The notes under the pieces: generated by a model
What the model saw: only the letters and a program-made list of their open reading frames with translations
Database searches by the model: none
What the model was told of the DNA's origin: nothing
Program-made: the position numbers and the translations under genes
Part shown: positions 51,041-64,000 of the stretch, in pieces
Position numbering within the stretch: the stretch's first letter is position 1
Layout: every line of letters starts with the position of its first letter
Origin: Octopus sinensis
Taxonomy: Eukaryota
DNA length: 64,000 nucleotides
Direction: 5' to 3'
Assembly: GCF_006345805.1 (NCBI RefSeq)
Contig: NC_043008.1
Coordinates: forward strand, 57,536,001-57,600,000

Positions 51041-51466
51041 TTTTGCACCCTCTCCTTTATGTAAGCAAGGGAAGAGTAGGACATTTTGAAGTATCGCTCT
51101 ATGTCTGGATGCCCATCTTTATGCCAAACTTTTTAGCCAACTCTTACAACATGTAGGGGATACAGCAAACCTATTCTAAAAAAAATAGGTTACTTACTAA
51201 TATAAAAACGGTGATGGTGGTGGTGGTGGTGATGGTGACAATGATGATGATGATCTTTCATGATGACTCTTACATGCATCTCTCTTTCCATCTCTCTTTC
51301 TTGGCATTTATTCAACTTCATTGCAGGCTCTGTATTCATAGACATTAATGTGACTGAGATGTCACATTCCCTCATTCCCTCAAATGCTGGAAGACTGTCA
51401 TTGATAGCTCTGTTCCAAAGATCTTGTTTTTCTCCAGCATGAGAAAGGCAGTGATAGATAAAACAC

Positions 51467-52985
51467 AGGCGGCGAGCTGGCAGAAACGTTAGCACGCCAG
51501 GTGAAATGCTTAGTAGTATTTCGTCTGCCGTTACGTTCTGAGTTCAAATTCCGCCGAGGTCGACTTTGCCTTTCATCCTTTCGGGGTCGATTAAATAAGT
51601 ACCAGTTTCGTACTGGGGTCGAGATAATCGACTTAATCCGTTTGTCTGTCCTTGTTTGTCCTCTCTGTGTTTAGCCCCTTGTGGGTAGTAAAGAAATAGG
51701 TATTTCGTCTGCCGCTACGTTCTGAGTTCAAATTCCGCCGAGGTCGACTTTGCCTTTCATCCTTTCGGGGTCGATTAAATAAGTACCAGTTTCGTACTGG
51801 GGTCGATATAATCGACTTAATCCGTTTGTCTGTCCTTGTTTGTCCTCTCTGTGTTTAGCCCCTTGTGGGTAGTAAAGAAATAGGTATTTCGTCTGCCGCT
51901 ACGTTCTGAGTTCAAATTCCGCCGAGGTCGACTTGCCTTTCATCCTTTCGGGGTCGATTAAATAAGTACCAGTTTCGTACTGGGGTCGATATAATCGACT
52001 TAATCCGTTTGTCTGTCCTTGTTTGTCCTCTCTGTGTTTAGCCCCTTGTGGGTAGTAAGAAATAGGTATTTCGTCTGCCGCTACGTTCTGAGTTCAAATT
52101 CCGCCGAGGTCGACTTTGCTTTCATCCTTTCGGGGTCGATTAAATAAGTACCAGTTTGTCTGGGGTCGAGATAATCGACTTAATCCGTTTGTCTGTCCTT
52201 GTTTGTCCTCTCTGTGTTTAGCCCCTTGTGGGTAGTAAAGAAATAGGTATTTCGTCTGCCGCTACGTTCTGAGTTCAAATTCCGCGAGGTCGACTTTGCC
52301 TTTCATCCTTTTGGGGTCGATTAAATAGTACCAGTTACCAGTTCGTACTGGGGTCGATATAATCGACTTAATTCCGTTTGTCTGTCCTTGTTTGTCCTCT
52401 CTGTGTTTAGCCCCTTGTGGGTAGTAAAGAAATAGGTATTTCGTCTGCCGTTACGTTCTGAGTTCAAATTCCGCCGAGGTCGACTTTGTCTTTCATCCTT
52501 TCGAGGTCGATTAAATAAGTACCAGTTTCGTACTGGGGTCGATATAATCGACTTAATCCGTTTGTCTGTCCTTGTTTGTCCTCCTCTGTGTTTAGCCCCT
52601 TGTGGGTAGTAAAGAAATAGGTATTTCGTCTGCCGCTACGTTCTGAGTTCAAAATTCCGCCGAGGTCGACTTTGCCTTTCATCCTTTCGGGGTCGATTAA
52701 ATAAGTACCAGTTTCGTACTGGGGTCGATATAATCGACTTAATCCGTTTGTCTGTCCTTGTTTGTCCTCTCTGTGTTTAGCCTCTTGTGAGCAGTAAAGA
52801 AATAGATATTTCGTCTGCCCCTACGTTCTGAGTTCAAATTTCGCCGAGGTCGACTTGCCTTTCATCCTTCGGGGTCGATAAATAAGTACCAGTTTCGTAC
52901 TGGGGTCGATAATCGACTTAATCCGTTTGTCTGTCCTTGTTTGTCCTCTCTGTGTTTAGCCCCTTGTGGGTAGTAAAGAAATAGA
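51467..52985 (+). repeat. Tandem array (~184 bp x 8) of SINE family B behind a single tRNA-like head
   Basis: tatttcgtctgcc recurs at ~51517, 51701, 51885, 52067, 52248, 52437, 52622 and 52807. Confidence 0.93.
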
Positions 52986-53370
52986 TAAATAAAAGACAGA
53001 AGTTGATCTCAAAATGCAAAAAGCCAGAATGAATTCCTCAAGTCAGCCAGTCTGACATTCTAATAATTCTGCCAATCCACCCTCTTGGACTGGTATTTCA
53101 TTTATCTCCTTCCAACATGCTGTTGTTTTAATCCATCTCTTTACCATGAAGCACTAGCATGTGGCTGCCTATCAGTGTCTCTCTTCCATTTCTCCCTCTT
53201 TTGCTTTCCACTCTCTTCAATTACTATGTTTCCTCTATCACACTCTTACGCATCTCTCCCTCTTCTTCTTTTACTTCTTCTCATTCTCTCTCTCTCCTCT
53301 CTCTTTTTCTCTCTTTTTCTCTCCTCTCTCTCCACTCTCTCCCTCTTCTCTCTCTCTTTTCCCTCTCTCT

Positions 53371-53409
<39 letters not shown>

Positions 53410-54066
53410 GTTTACCTTCCCAGTCATGTTTGCTTTGAGCAAACACAAACAACATAGAGGAGAGAGAACTCTTTAGTCTTGCAGTGAACAAAGCAACCTC
53501 ATTAATGTTGGTGCATCAATAAAATGCACCAAGTACATTCTATAAAGCGGGCAGCAAATAAATGGAGGTTGTAGCATACAAAATCAAAGATCCAAGATCC
53601 AAAATCCAAGATCCAAGATCCAAGATCTGAGATCCACATTGTAGAAGATACTTGCACAATGAAGCTTTATAATACAATTAGGGTTGGACATTTCTCAGGA
53701 TCACTATCATTAGTGTGAAGAAACCATCCCTTCATGAGATTAACACAACCTCTAATTAAATTATATATATATATATATATATGGTTAGGGCAGCGGACTC
53801 GCGGTCGCAGGATCGCGGTTTCGATTCCCTGAGCGGGCGTTTTTGTGTTTATTGAGCGAAAACACCTAAAAAGCTCCACGAGGCTCCGGCAGGAGGTGGT
53901 GATCCCTGCTGTACTCTTTCATCACTCTTTCTCCCACGCTTTCTTCTGTTGGCCTGCTCGCTTAGCCAGCGGGGTGGCGTCATTCAAAGGCTAGAACAAT
54001 GCAAACGCATTGTGACCAGCGATGTGTAACAACATCTGATGGTCTGGTCGGTCACGTGATCACGTG

Positions 54067-54097
<31 letters not shown>

Positions 54098-54581
54098 CCA
54101 TACAAGTGTGATCATTGCCAGAGCAGCAAGCTGGCCTCCGTGCCAGTGGCACATAAAAAAAACACCATTCGAGCATGATCGTTACCTGCGTCGCCTTACT
54201 AGCACTTGTACTGGTGGCACGTGAAAAAACATTCAAGCAAGGTCGTTGCCAGTGCCGCTGGACTGGCTCCTGTGCAGGTGGCACATAAAAGGCACCATTT
54301 GAGCGTGGCCATTGCCAGTACCGCCTGACTGGCCCTCGTGTCGGTGACATGTAAAAAGCACCCGCTATACTCTCAGAGTGGTTGGCGTTAGGAATGGCAT
54401 CCAGCCGCAGAAACTCTGCCAGATCAAGATTGGAGCCTGGTGCAGCCATCTTGTTCGCCAAACCTCAGTCAAATCGTTCAACCCATGCTAGCATGGAAAG
54501 CGGACGTTAAACGGATGATGATGATATGATGATGATATATGCCAGCATGGAAGGCGACGTTAAACGATGATGATGATGGTG

Positions 54582-54623
<42 letters not shown>

Positions 54624-54645
54624 TATAATATATAATATAATATAT

Positions 54646-54684
<39 letters not shown>

Positions 54685-54743
54685 GTGTGTGTGGTGTGGG
54701 TATATAATATATAATATATACATACATATATATATATTATGTG

Positions 54744-54795
<52 letters not shown>

Positions 54796-55862
54796 CATAC
54801 ATATATATATATATATGTGTATATATATATAATTATATATATATATCTGTGTGTGTGTGTGTGTGTGGTTGTGTGTGTGTGATATATAATATATATATAT
54901 GTATTTATATATATATATATACACATATATATATATATATATATATGTATGTATATATATATATAATATATGTATGTATGTATGTATGTATACACACACA
55001 CACACACACACACATACACACACATATGTGTGTGCGCGTGCGCGTATGTGTTACAAATGTCATCCAACCCGTAGGAAATGATTACTGCAATATATAATTC
55101 GTTTGTACAAAGTACAAAAGCGATCTCGTACGTTTATTTACATATATTAACATATATTAACGCAAAAAAAAAAAAAGGAATCGCATAGCATGAGAACAAA
55201 ATGCGTTGTTTTTTTTTGTTGTTGTTTTTTCTTTAAAACCCGTCAGTGACTATAATGATGATGATGACAACCATGATGATGATGATGATCACGACAACGA
55301 CGATGGTAGTGGTGGCGAAGGCGGCGGCGATGACGACCCCCCTATCACGTTGATAGTAGTGATGCTGATGTAAATATGTTATGCAACCACTAGCCTATAT
55401 AAATTTTTATTTACGCAGTAGTTTTAACATGAACTTTCACCCCAGCTTTATTTTCTTTATTCATATTTACTTCGTCTTATTTTTTTTCTGTTTATTTGTA
55501 AAATTCCCAGTTTACTTCACGTCAGTAGTATCTATTATATCCAAACACGATAACACAATTATCTTGTAAATCGATCCTCTACATTTCTTCATTGTTTTCG
55601 TTCTCGTGGCTTTTGAAAGAGCAACGTTTGTAAACATTTCTAAAAGTACACTTAACCTAATTGTCGCACCCAAACGCGAGCTCACCTCTATTTTAAAACA
55701 TTCCTAGAAAACACCCACCGCCTTTTACTTGTTATTAAATAGGAATACTAGGCGGGGGGAGGGGAATCACTAGAGAGTAATATTCCATCAGAACTTGGTT
55801 TCCTAACCATTGTATGTACAGGAAATCCATGGATAAATCAATCCCTATAAATTATCGAACAC

Positions 55863-55893
<31 letters not shown>

Positions 55894-56462
55894 CCTCCCT
55901 GTCTCTCTTCTTTCTTTCTCTCTATAACTCTCATGTTCGTATTCCCAGGTTTGTCGAAAACTATTCGCAGGATGTGATGGGACCCAAGAGATTCCGATGA
56001 CACCTTATTTTGAGCTTTCCTGCATCTTTAGAGAAACACACACACCACACACACATGTATGTATGTATGTATGTATGTATGTATGTATGTATGTATGTAT
56101 GTGTGTGCATACATGTATGCATATATGTGTGTATGTATTATGTATGAAGGTATGTGTGTATATGTATGTATGTGCATATGTGTGCATGTATGCATGCATA
56201 TATGTATGCATTGTATGTATGTATTATGTACGCATGTGTGTATATACATGTATGTATGGGGAGAGTTCACAACAACAAAAAAGATGAAGACAGGTGGTGT
56301 AGACAACAAACAGATGTATTAGTATAATGCTTGGGAAGTGTAGAAGTCTTTAACGTTTTGAGCCTACGCTCTTCCATAGAAAGGAACATAGAAAGAAACA
56401 AGGAGAGCTAGGGAGAAGGGGTTGAATATATGTATGTGTGTGGTGTGTGTGTGTGTATGTAA

Positions 56463-56494
<32 letters not shown>

Positions 56495-56594
56495 TAACGG
56501 GAAGCTTTATGAAAATAGACAAAAGACGAAGGCAGGTGGAAAACAAACGAACAATTGTATTAGTATGGCGCTCAGGAAATATAAATAAAACAAG

Positions 56595-56632
56595 TCTTTA
56601 ACGTTTCGAGCCTACGCTCTTCAACAGAAAGA
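56595..56632 (-). ncRNA. Minimal hammerhead-like motif (related copies at 56348-56383 and 57494-57529)
   Basis: TCTTT-CTGTTGA-a-GAGC-gtag-GCTC-GAAACGTT-AAAGA. The core is non-canonical. Confidence 0.45.
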
Positions 56633-58679
56633 TACACAGATATATATATATATATAATATAAATGAGTAACGAAGATGTTCAGGTATCAATTACCAGGTG
56701 AATTGTCACCTGTTCCACTTTGTTACTTGTTTATATTTTATTCACCTACTCTGGAATCTACACTTCAAAAATATTAGAGAAAGTACTTTATTTTTTATAT
56801 AAAGTACATGCACCATCTGTTCGTGGCCGTTTGCCAGCTCTGTCTGGCACCTGTGCGGGTGGCACGTAAAAAGCACCCACTACACTCATGGAGTGGTTGG
56901 CGTTAGGAAGGGCATCCAGCCGTAGAAACACTGCCAGATCTGACTAGGCCTGATGCAGCCTTCTGGCTTCACAGACCCCAGTTGAACCGTCCAACCCATG
57001 CTAGCATGGAAAACGGACGCTAAACGATGATGATGATGCCTGAACAACCAAGAGTGGATCTCTTCACTAAGTTGGGTCACGTTATCTGGATACACTGCAT
57101 GAATATCAAGTGCAAACTCTTCTGCACAGAGTTTGATATTCAACTGATATTGCTTGGATGAGCAAAGTAGATCAATCTAACAAGGTGCCTCAATTTAAAT
57201 ACCTAATTCAACTGAATCTTAATTATACCGGTACCATTCACGGCAGAGGTGGCTTCCCGGGCACTGCTTGAGACGCAGAAGTGCGACTTGAAGGAACGCC
57301 AACTGCGGCCCTCTTTGTGAAGTCTATATATATATATAGTATATATATATATATATATATATATAGATATATATATATATATATATATAATATATATTTA
57401 GGGAGGTTTCACAAAAAAAAAAACGAAAGACGAAGATAGGTGGTGTAGACAACAAACAGATGTATTAGTATAATGCTCGGGAAGTGAAAAAGTCTTTAAC
57501 GTTTCGAGCCTACGCTCTTCCATAGAAAGGAACAAGGAGAGAAAATAAAGTATGTGTAGTGGCTATATATATATATATATATATACTGACAATCCGTTGC
57601 TTATGATGGCGTGAGTTCCATTTAATCCAATCAACAGAACAGCCTACCTGTGCAAGTGGTTGGGCACTCCACAGACTTGTGTACCTTTAATGTAGTTCTC
57701 AGGGTGATTCAACATGTCACAGAATGCGACAAGGCTGGCCCCTTAAAATACAGGTACGAATCATTTTTTGCCAGGTGAATGAACTGGAGCAACGTGAAAT
57801 AAAGTGTCTTGCTCAAGGACCTCGGGAATCGAACTCGCGACCTTACGATCGAGAGCCGAATATTATAACCAGTAAGCCATGTGCCAATATGTATCTGTGT
57901 GGTGTGGTGTGGTGGTGGCGGTGGTGATGTGTGTGTATGTGCAGTGATGCATCTCTTTACGAGGATCCGCCTTACGAGACCCCGGGTTTACGAATCTTAT
58001 TTTTCAAGCACAAGATCCAAATTTTGAACAAAGTGCATAAGTTTCTACTATCATAACAAATGCTTCTGTGTGTTACCGAGAAATTTATAGAGAGCGAAAA
58101 AGAGCTTCTTTTAAGCAAATAATTTTAGACTTCTTTTTTAAAAAGACATCTACAAGTCTGTCTACGAGTGCTTGTGAATCAGCGATCACGTCTGTGAGTG
58201 ATGGTGTGCGCGAGTCTAGTGCGAGTGAAAGGGATTCAGAAAATGATTATTTGTTTATTCTTTTAGTTGTTTCAGTCATTTGACTGCAGCCATGCTGGAG
58301 CACCGCCTTTAGTTGAGCAAATCAACCCCAGGACTTATTCTTTGTAAGCCTAATACTTAATCTATCAGTCTCTTTTTGCCGAACCACTAAGTTACGGGGG
58401 ATGTAAACACACCACCTTTGGTTGTCAAACGATGTTGGGGACAAACACACACACACACACACGTGTATAAGGCAAGGAAGAAAATAGAGAAGTTAATTAA
58501 TTGAATTGACAAACATCATCTTACAAACATCAGCTAGATCCATTAGATCCCCCATTAGATTGAAATAAGATGTGATCTCACAACCTCTGGATATTATCTT
58601 GTAATTTACATTTTACTATTCTTTAGTATTTTTATTATTTTATTTTACTTTTTTACTTGTTTAATTCTTGCCATTATGG

Positions 58680-58823
58680 ACTCTCTGATGAAGCCTTGGG
58701 GTTCAATTTTTGTCCAATTTTTGTCCAATTCTTGTTCAATTTTTGTACAACCTTTGTATAATATTGGTATGATGTGCCAACTTTGGCATGCTGGACCCCT
58801 AACATAGAAACAGCTGTAAGAGT
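58680..58823 (+). ncRNA. Type I hammerhead-like motif with an extended stem II
   Basis: ACTCT-CTGATGA...GGGGTTCA...TGGACCCC...GAAAC-AGCT-GTA-AGAGT. Confidence 0.55.
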
Positions 58824-59364
58824 AGCATTATTCTTATTTATTTATTATTCTTATTTATTTATTAATATTCATATGATTGTAATTAATTAATAAATGGATC
58901 TAGTTGATGTTTGTCAATTAATTATCTTCTCCATTTCCTTCCATGCCTTATAAATTCTGGTTAAACTTTTGTTTACCTCCACACATACCTAATAATTCAA
59001 TTGCACTATTGCCTTGCAACAGTAAGCATTTGGATATACATAGGTTTACATCCAGTAGTATGATGGATATTTATTATCCCTTAGTTGGTTGTCTGACCTC
59101 TAACTCATATATATATATATATCAGAAAGAGGGAGAGAGAGAGAGAGAGAGAAACCGGCAAAATCAAGGAAAATGCCACTTGCATTTGAACACTATGCAA
59201 ATATTCTTTTAAAAACTTTTCTTTTAATTTTTCCAAAATTTAATTGTTTTCCATACTTACAGTTGAAAAAGTCTTATGTCTGAAACCGGTACTGAAATGT
59301 TTTTTATAAAATTATTTTAGCATTTTCTATCTTGACTTTTTTTTCCATAATAATATATATATTA

Positions 59365-59409
<45 letters not shown>

Positions 59410-60811
59410 CGACAAGCTTCTTTCAGTTTCCATCTACCTAATCCACTCACAAGGCTTTGGTTGGCCCGGCTATAATAGAAAACACTTGCCCATTCTTTTT
59501 ACTTTATATAAAATATTCTTTACATTCTACTGTTGTTTTATTGACATTTATTTACGAGTATAAATTTTATAGGGGAAATATTTTTCTGGGAACGAATTAT
59601 GATTTATAACATTGCTACTATGGGAAATTATTGATCTACTTTATGAGTTTTTGCTTTATGAGCGATGTCTGAGAAAAAATTAACTTGTATATCGAGACAT
59701 GACTATATATGTATGCACTAGAGTAACTAGAGCGTGTACCATCCGGGGTGGCCCTTCCGTTTGCCGCCCCCGGACCCCATAAAAATCACATATTGCCTAT
59801 AGCAGATCCAAAAGTGGTGCCCCTCTAAAAGTGCCATCTGGAGCAGACTGCCCCTACCGCTCCCACTTAGCTACGTTAGTGTAGGTGTGTATGTATTGGC
59901 AGGGTGACTCATCTGCTCTATATGTACACATACACTCACCTACCTAGCAACCTGCAAGTGTAATGTACACGTGTGAGTACACGTGCGCGTCTTTGTGTCT
60001 GTATTTGTACCCCACCACCACGCCCACCACCATCGCTTGACAACCGATGCTGGTGTGCTTATATCCCCATAACTTAATGGTTCAGCAAAACAAATCGATA
60101 GAATAAGTACTAGGCTTACAAAGAATAATTCATGGGATCGATTTCTTTGACTAAAGACCTTTAAGGCAGTACTCCATTAAGGGCAGTCAAATGCCTAAAA
60201 CATGTAAAAGAATATATATATATATATAAGTTCAGTAAAAATTTAGATTCAGTTGAATATGGTACTTATAAATATATATATATATATACACACACATACA
60301 CACAGACAGACATATATAGGCATAGCTTCAGATGTATACCCCACAGATAAATTGCTACTTTTTAAAGAAAATTTTAACAAATAATCACTTAGATCCTGTT
60401 GATTGAGTTTGTGTAAAGATTTGTTGCAAAACATTTTTGCGAGGGGTTGGGGAGAGAAGTCTCAGAAAATTCACACTATCCGACATTTCCCCCCTCAAAA
60501 CTTTCAGGAAAATGGGTATTTTTTAATGAAATTTTATACAAATTCTTTTCAAACACTGTAGATTACGATTACAAAGAAATTTGTAGACAAAATTTTGGGG
60601 AAAAAAGCGAGGAAAAAGTGTATGATTTAAGGGAGATTTGGCTGTTGTTTCTAACATAACTGATGAACACCTTCTTTGTGTTTTTTTTCACTGAAATATG
60701 CACTGTTCTTCAATACCCCCCCCCCCAACACATTTATACTTAAAAAAAAAAGACGAAAATTTGAAAATATATGATTTTTTTTTAAACCCCACTCCCTGAT
60801 CCTGACTGATT

Positions 60812-60849
<38 letters not shown>

Positions 60850-61230
60850 TCTTTGCTCTTTACTCTTTTACTTGTTTCAGTCATTTGATTGCGGCCATGC
60901 TGGAGCATTGCCTTTAGTCGAGCAAATCGACCCCAGGACTTATTCTTTGTAAGCCTAGTACTTATTCTATTGGTCTCTTTTGCTGAACCGCTAAGTTACG
61001 GGGACATGAACACACCAGCATCGGTTGTCAAGCGATGTTGGGGGGACAAACACAGACACACAAACGCACACACACATATATATACATATATGTATATACA
61101 TATGCATGTCAGGCTTCTTTCAGTTTCTGTTTACCAAATCCACTCACAAGACACTTGCCCAACTATGGGCAGAACTATGTGGTTGGTAAGCAAGCTACTT
61201 ACCACACAGCCACTCCTGCGCCTATATATA

Positions 61231-61268
<38 letters not shown>

Positions 61269-61418
61269 AAGAGCAATAAAGATTCAAGTTAATTTAAATG
61301 AATTTACTTGAATATGGTACCTAACTTAGATGCACCAAAAAAAAAAACTATACTGATTTAACAATACAGTAATGTGGGGTGATTATAAGCGAGAAAGAAG
61401 CAACAAGAATGGATAGGT

Positions 61419-61510
61419 TTTTAGTACGATCGTTTCATACAAGGACAGGTTTTATTAAAAGTTGCAAAGATTACAGCAATAAAAACGAGTCCCGTACTCA
61501 TCAGCTAAAA
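61419..61510 (-). ncRNA. Type I hammerhead ribozyme, mirror copy
   Basis: Reverse complement of 61893-61983 in the other palindrome arm. Confidence 0.78.
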
Positions 61511-61892
61511 TACATGTGAGTTCTCTAGACATCCTAGTGTTTGAGGCTATACTCATGAAGTAATGTAGATAAATAAGTAACATAAACAGATTTCTAAAGT
61601 TCATTAAAGTTCTTTAAAGATGATGTACAGTCTTATCACAGATTTTTAAAAAAGTTTTGATAGCATCACAGAGAAGGTGACCTAATCCATATGCATTTCC
61701 ATGGAAATGCATATGGATTAGGTCACCTTCTCTGTGATGCTATCAAAACTTTTTAAAAATTCTGTGATAAGACTGTACATCATCTTTAAAGAACTTTAAT
61801 GAACTTTAGAAATCTGTTTATGTTACTTATTTATCTACATTACTTCATGAGTATAGCCTCAAAACATAGGATGTCTAGAGAACTCACATGTA

Positions 61893-61983
61893 TTTTAGCT
61901 GATGAGTACGGGACTCGTTTATATGCTGTAATCTTTGCAACTTTTAATAAAACCTGTCCTTGTATGAAACGATCGTACTAAAA
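61893..61983 (+). ncRNA. Type I hammerhead ribozyme
   Basis: TTTTAG-CTGATGA-GTACGGGAC...GTCCTTGTAT-GAAAC-GATC-GTA-CTAAAA. Canonical core and palindromic stem III. Confidence 0.8.
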
Positions 61984-62011
61984 ACCCATCCATTCTTGTT
62001 GCTTCTTTCTC

Positions 62012-62051
<40 letters not shown>

Positions 62052-62178
62052 TGATTATAATATAATATAGTATCTATATATATATATATATATATATTAT
62101 CTATATATATATATATTATATATATATATATAATATATTATAGATAATATAATATATTATATATATATATATATATAT

Positions 62179-62217
<39 letters not shown>

Positions 62218-62436
62218 ACATATATATATATATATTATATACATACATATATATATATATATACATACATATATATACATATATATATTGTGCGTATCAT
62301 CCACACCCACCCATATAAATGTGTGAATGTTTATGTGTCTAAGTGATATGTGTGTGTTGTGTATATATATTTATATATATTATATATATATATTACATAT
62401 ATATATATACATATATATATGTATATATATATGTGT

Positions 62437-63690
62437 GTGACACTTGTGAAGACCTGTTGAGGCAGAGGCAAGTGTGTGACACTGTGGAGACTGTTGAGGC
62501 AAGTGTGTGACCCTTGTGAAGACCTGTTGAGGCAAGTGAAAATCAAACCAAATCAAAATAGATGAATATCAATGGAATTTGTATCTTTGTGGTTCCAGTA
62601 CGGTGGCACACAAGAAAACCATCCGAACGTGGACGTAGCTGGTACCGCATCGACTGGCCTCCGTGCTGGGGCACAACAAACACCATCTGATCGTGGCGTT
62701 CGCCAGCATCACCTGGCACCTGTGTCGGTGGCACATAAAAACACCATCCAAAGACCCGGCGACGTAGTCAGTCCACCTGTGCATACCTTCCTCTTATGAC
62801 ACTTGTGAAGACCTGTTGAGGCAGAGGCAAGTGTGTGACACTTTGTGAAGACCTGTTGAGGCAGAGGCAAGTGTGGTGACACTTGTGGAGACCTGTGAGG
62901 CAAGTGTGTGACACGCGTGACACTTGTGAAGACCTGTTGAGGCAAGTGAAAATCAAACCAAATCAAAATAGATGAACATCAATGGAATTTGTATCTTGTG
63001 GTTCCAGTACCGGTGGCACACAAGAAAACCATCCGATCGTGGCCGTTCGCCAGCCACATCTGGCCACCTGTGTGGTGGCACATAAAGACACCATCGAAGA
63101 CCCGGCGACGTAGACAGTCCACCTGTGCATACCTTCCTTCTTGTGACACTTGTGAGACCTGTTGAGGCAAGTGAAAATCAAATCAAATCAAAAACAAATC
63201 AAAATAGATGAACATAAATGGAATTTGTATCTTTGTGGTACCAGTTGCCGGTGGCACACAAGAAAATCATCCGAACGTGGCCGTAGCCAGTACCGCATAG
63301 ACTGGCCTCCGTGCTTGGGGACGTAACAAACACCATCCGATCGTGGCCGTCCGCCAGCCTCATCTGGCACCTGTGTCGGTGGCACATAAAAACACCATCC
63401 GATCGTGGCCGTCCGCCATCCTCGTCTGGCACCTGTGTCGGTGGCACATAAAAACACCATCCGAGCGTGGCCGTTCGCCAGCCTCGTCTGGCACCTGTGT
63501 CGGTGGCACTAAAAAATCACCCACTACACTCTCGGAGTGGTTTGGCGTTAGGAAGGGCATCAGCTGTAGAAACACTGCCAGACTGACTGGCCTGGTGCAG
63601 CCTTCGGGCTCCCCAGACCCCAGTGAAACCGTCAACCCATGCTAGCATGGAAGCGGACGCTAAATGATGATGATGATGATGATGATGTAT
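62437..63690 (+). repeat. Inverted, indel-rich copy of the 38820-40140 array
   Basis: Same subunit order and diagnostic variants (e.g. gtcacgcgtgtcac), with many single-base deletions. Confidence 0.85.
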
Positions 63691-63704
63691 ATATATATGT
63701 ATAT

Positions 63705-63757
<53 letters not shown>

Positions 63758-63788
63758 GTGTATGTATATATGTGTGTATATATATATG

Positions 63789-63828
<40 letters not shown>

Positions 63829-63943
63829 AGTGTGTGTATGTAATATGTGTGTATATATATATATATATGTATGTATATTATATGTATGTATATATATGTC
63901 CATATAAATGTGTGAATGTTTACGTATGTCTATAAGTATGTGT

Positions 63944-64000
<57 letters not shown>

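Larger units (their letters stand above)
61390..62012. repeat. Near-perfect spacerless palindrome with ~310-bp arms, centred at 61701/61702
   Basis: Centre ATATGCATTTCC|ATGGAAATGCATAT. The arms differ by a few substitutions and indels. Confidence 0.95.

Noticed and set aside
49624-51156. Poly-His, poly-Asp/Gly and poly-Met ORFs up to 237 aa
   Set aside because: These are translations of (GAT/GGT)n microsatellites that are open in several frames.
50344-51348. Possible plus-strand exons (YILPGQKNAEFEQITSHEELK... and ttgcAG at ~51326)
   Set aside because: Weak first acceptor, no recognisable protein and no supporting exons found.

Overview
Repeat-rich eukaryotic DNA, most likely an octopus or other cephalopod (inferred from the tRNA-derived SINE families and the (TA)n/(CAT)n load). 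It has three zones. (1) 1-15.7 kb is a nest of decayed mobile elements that all lie on the minus strand: an R4/Dong-like LINE, a Tigger/pogo element, an RTE-like LINE and three Penelope-like pieces. The nest contains a ~3.2-kb parvovirus/densovirus-like endogenous element (2893-6098) with two intact ORFs in an unusual order: TATA/CCAAT promoter, then a PLA2-bearing capsid gene (520 aa), then an HUH Rep that lacks the SF3 helicase, then a GC-rich hairpin end. A GTGAGT donor and a ttacAG acceptor join an 18-codon leader in frame to Rep, which would put the whole capsid gene inside the Rep intron. (2) 23.1-44.0 kb holds a complete 7-exon host gene on the minus strand, a TPGS2 homologue (258 aa), with an RFX X-box and a forkhead site upstream. 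(3) The rest is SINEs, MITEs, Helitrons, satellites and microsatellites. It includes several type I hammerhead-like motifs (one with a G3-C8 swap, two in a ~620-bp spacerless palindrome) and inverted duplications that may partly be assembly artefacts. All calls were made by eye, with no database searches.
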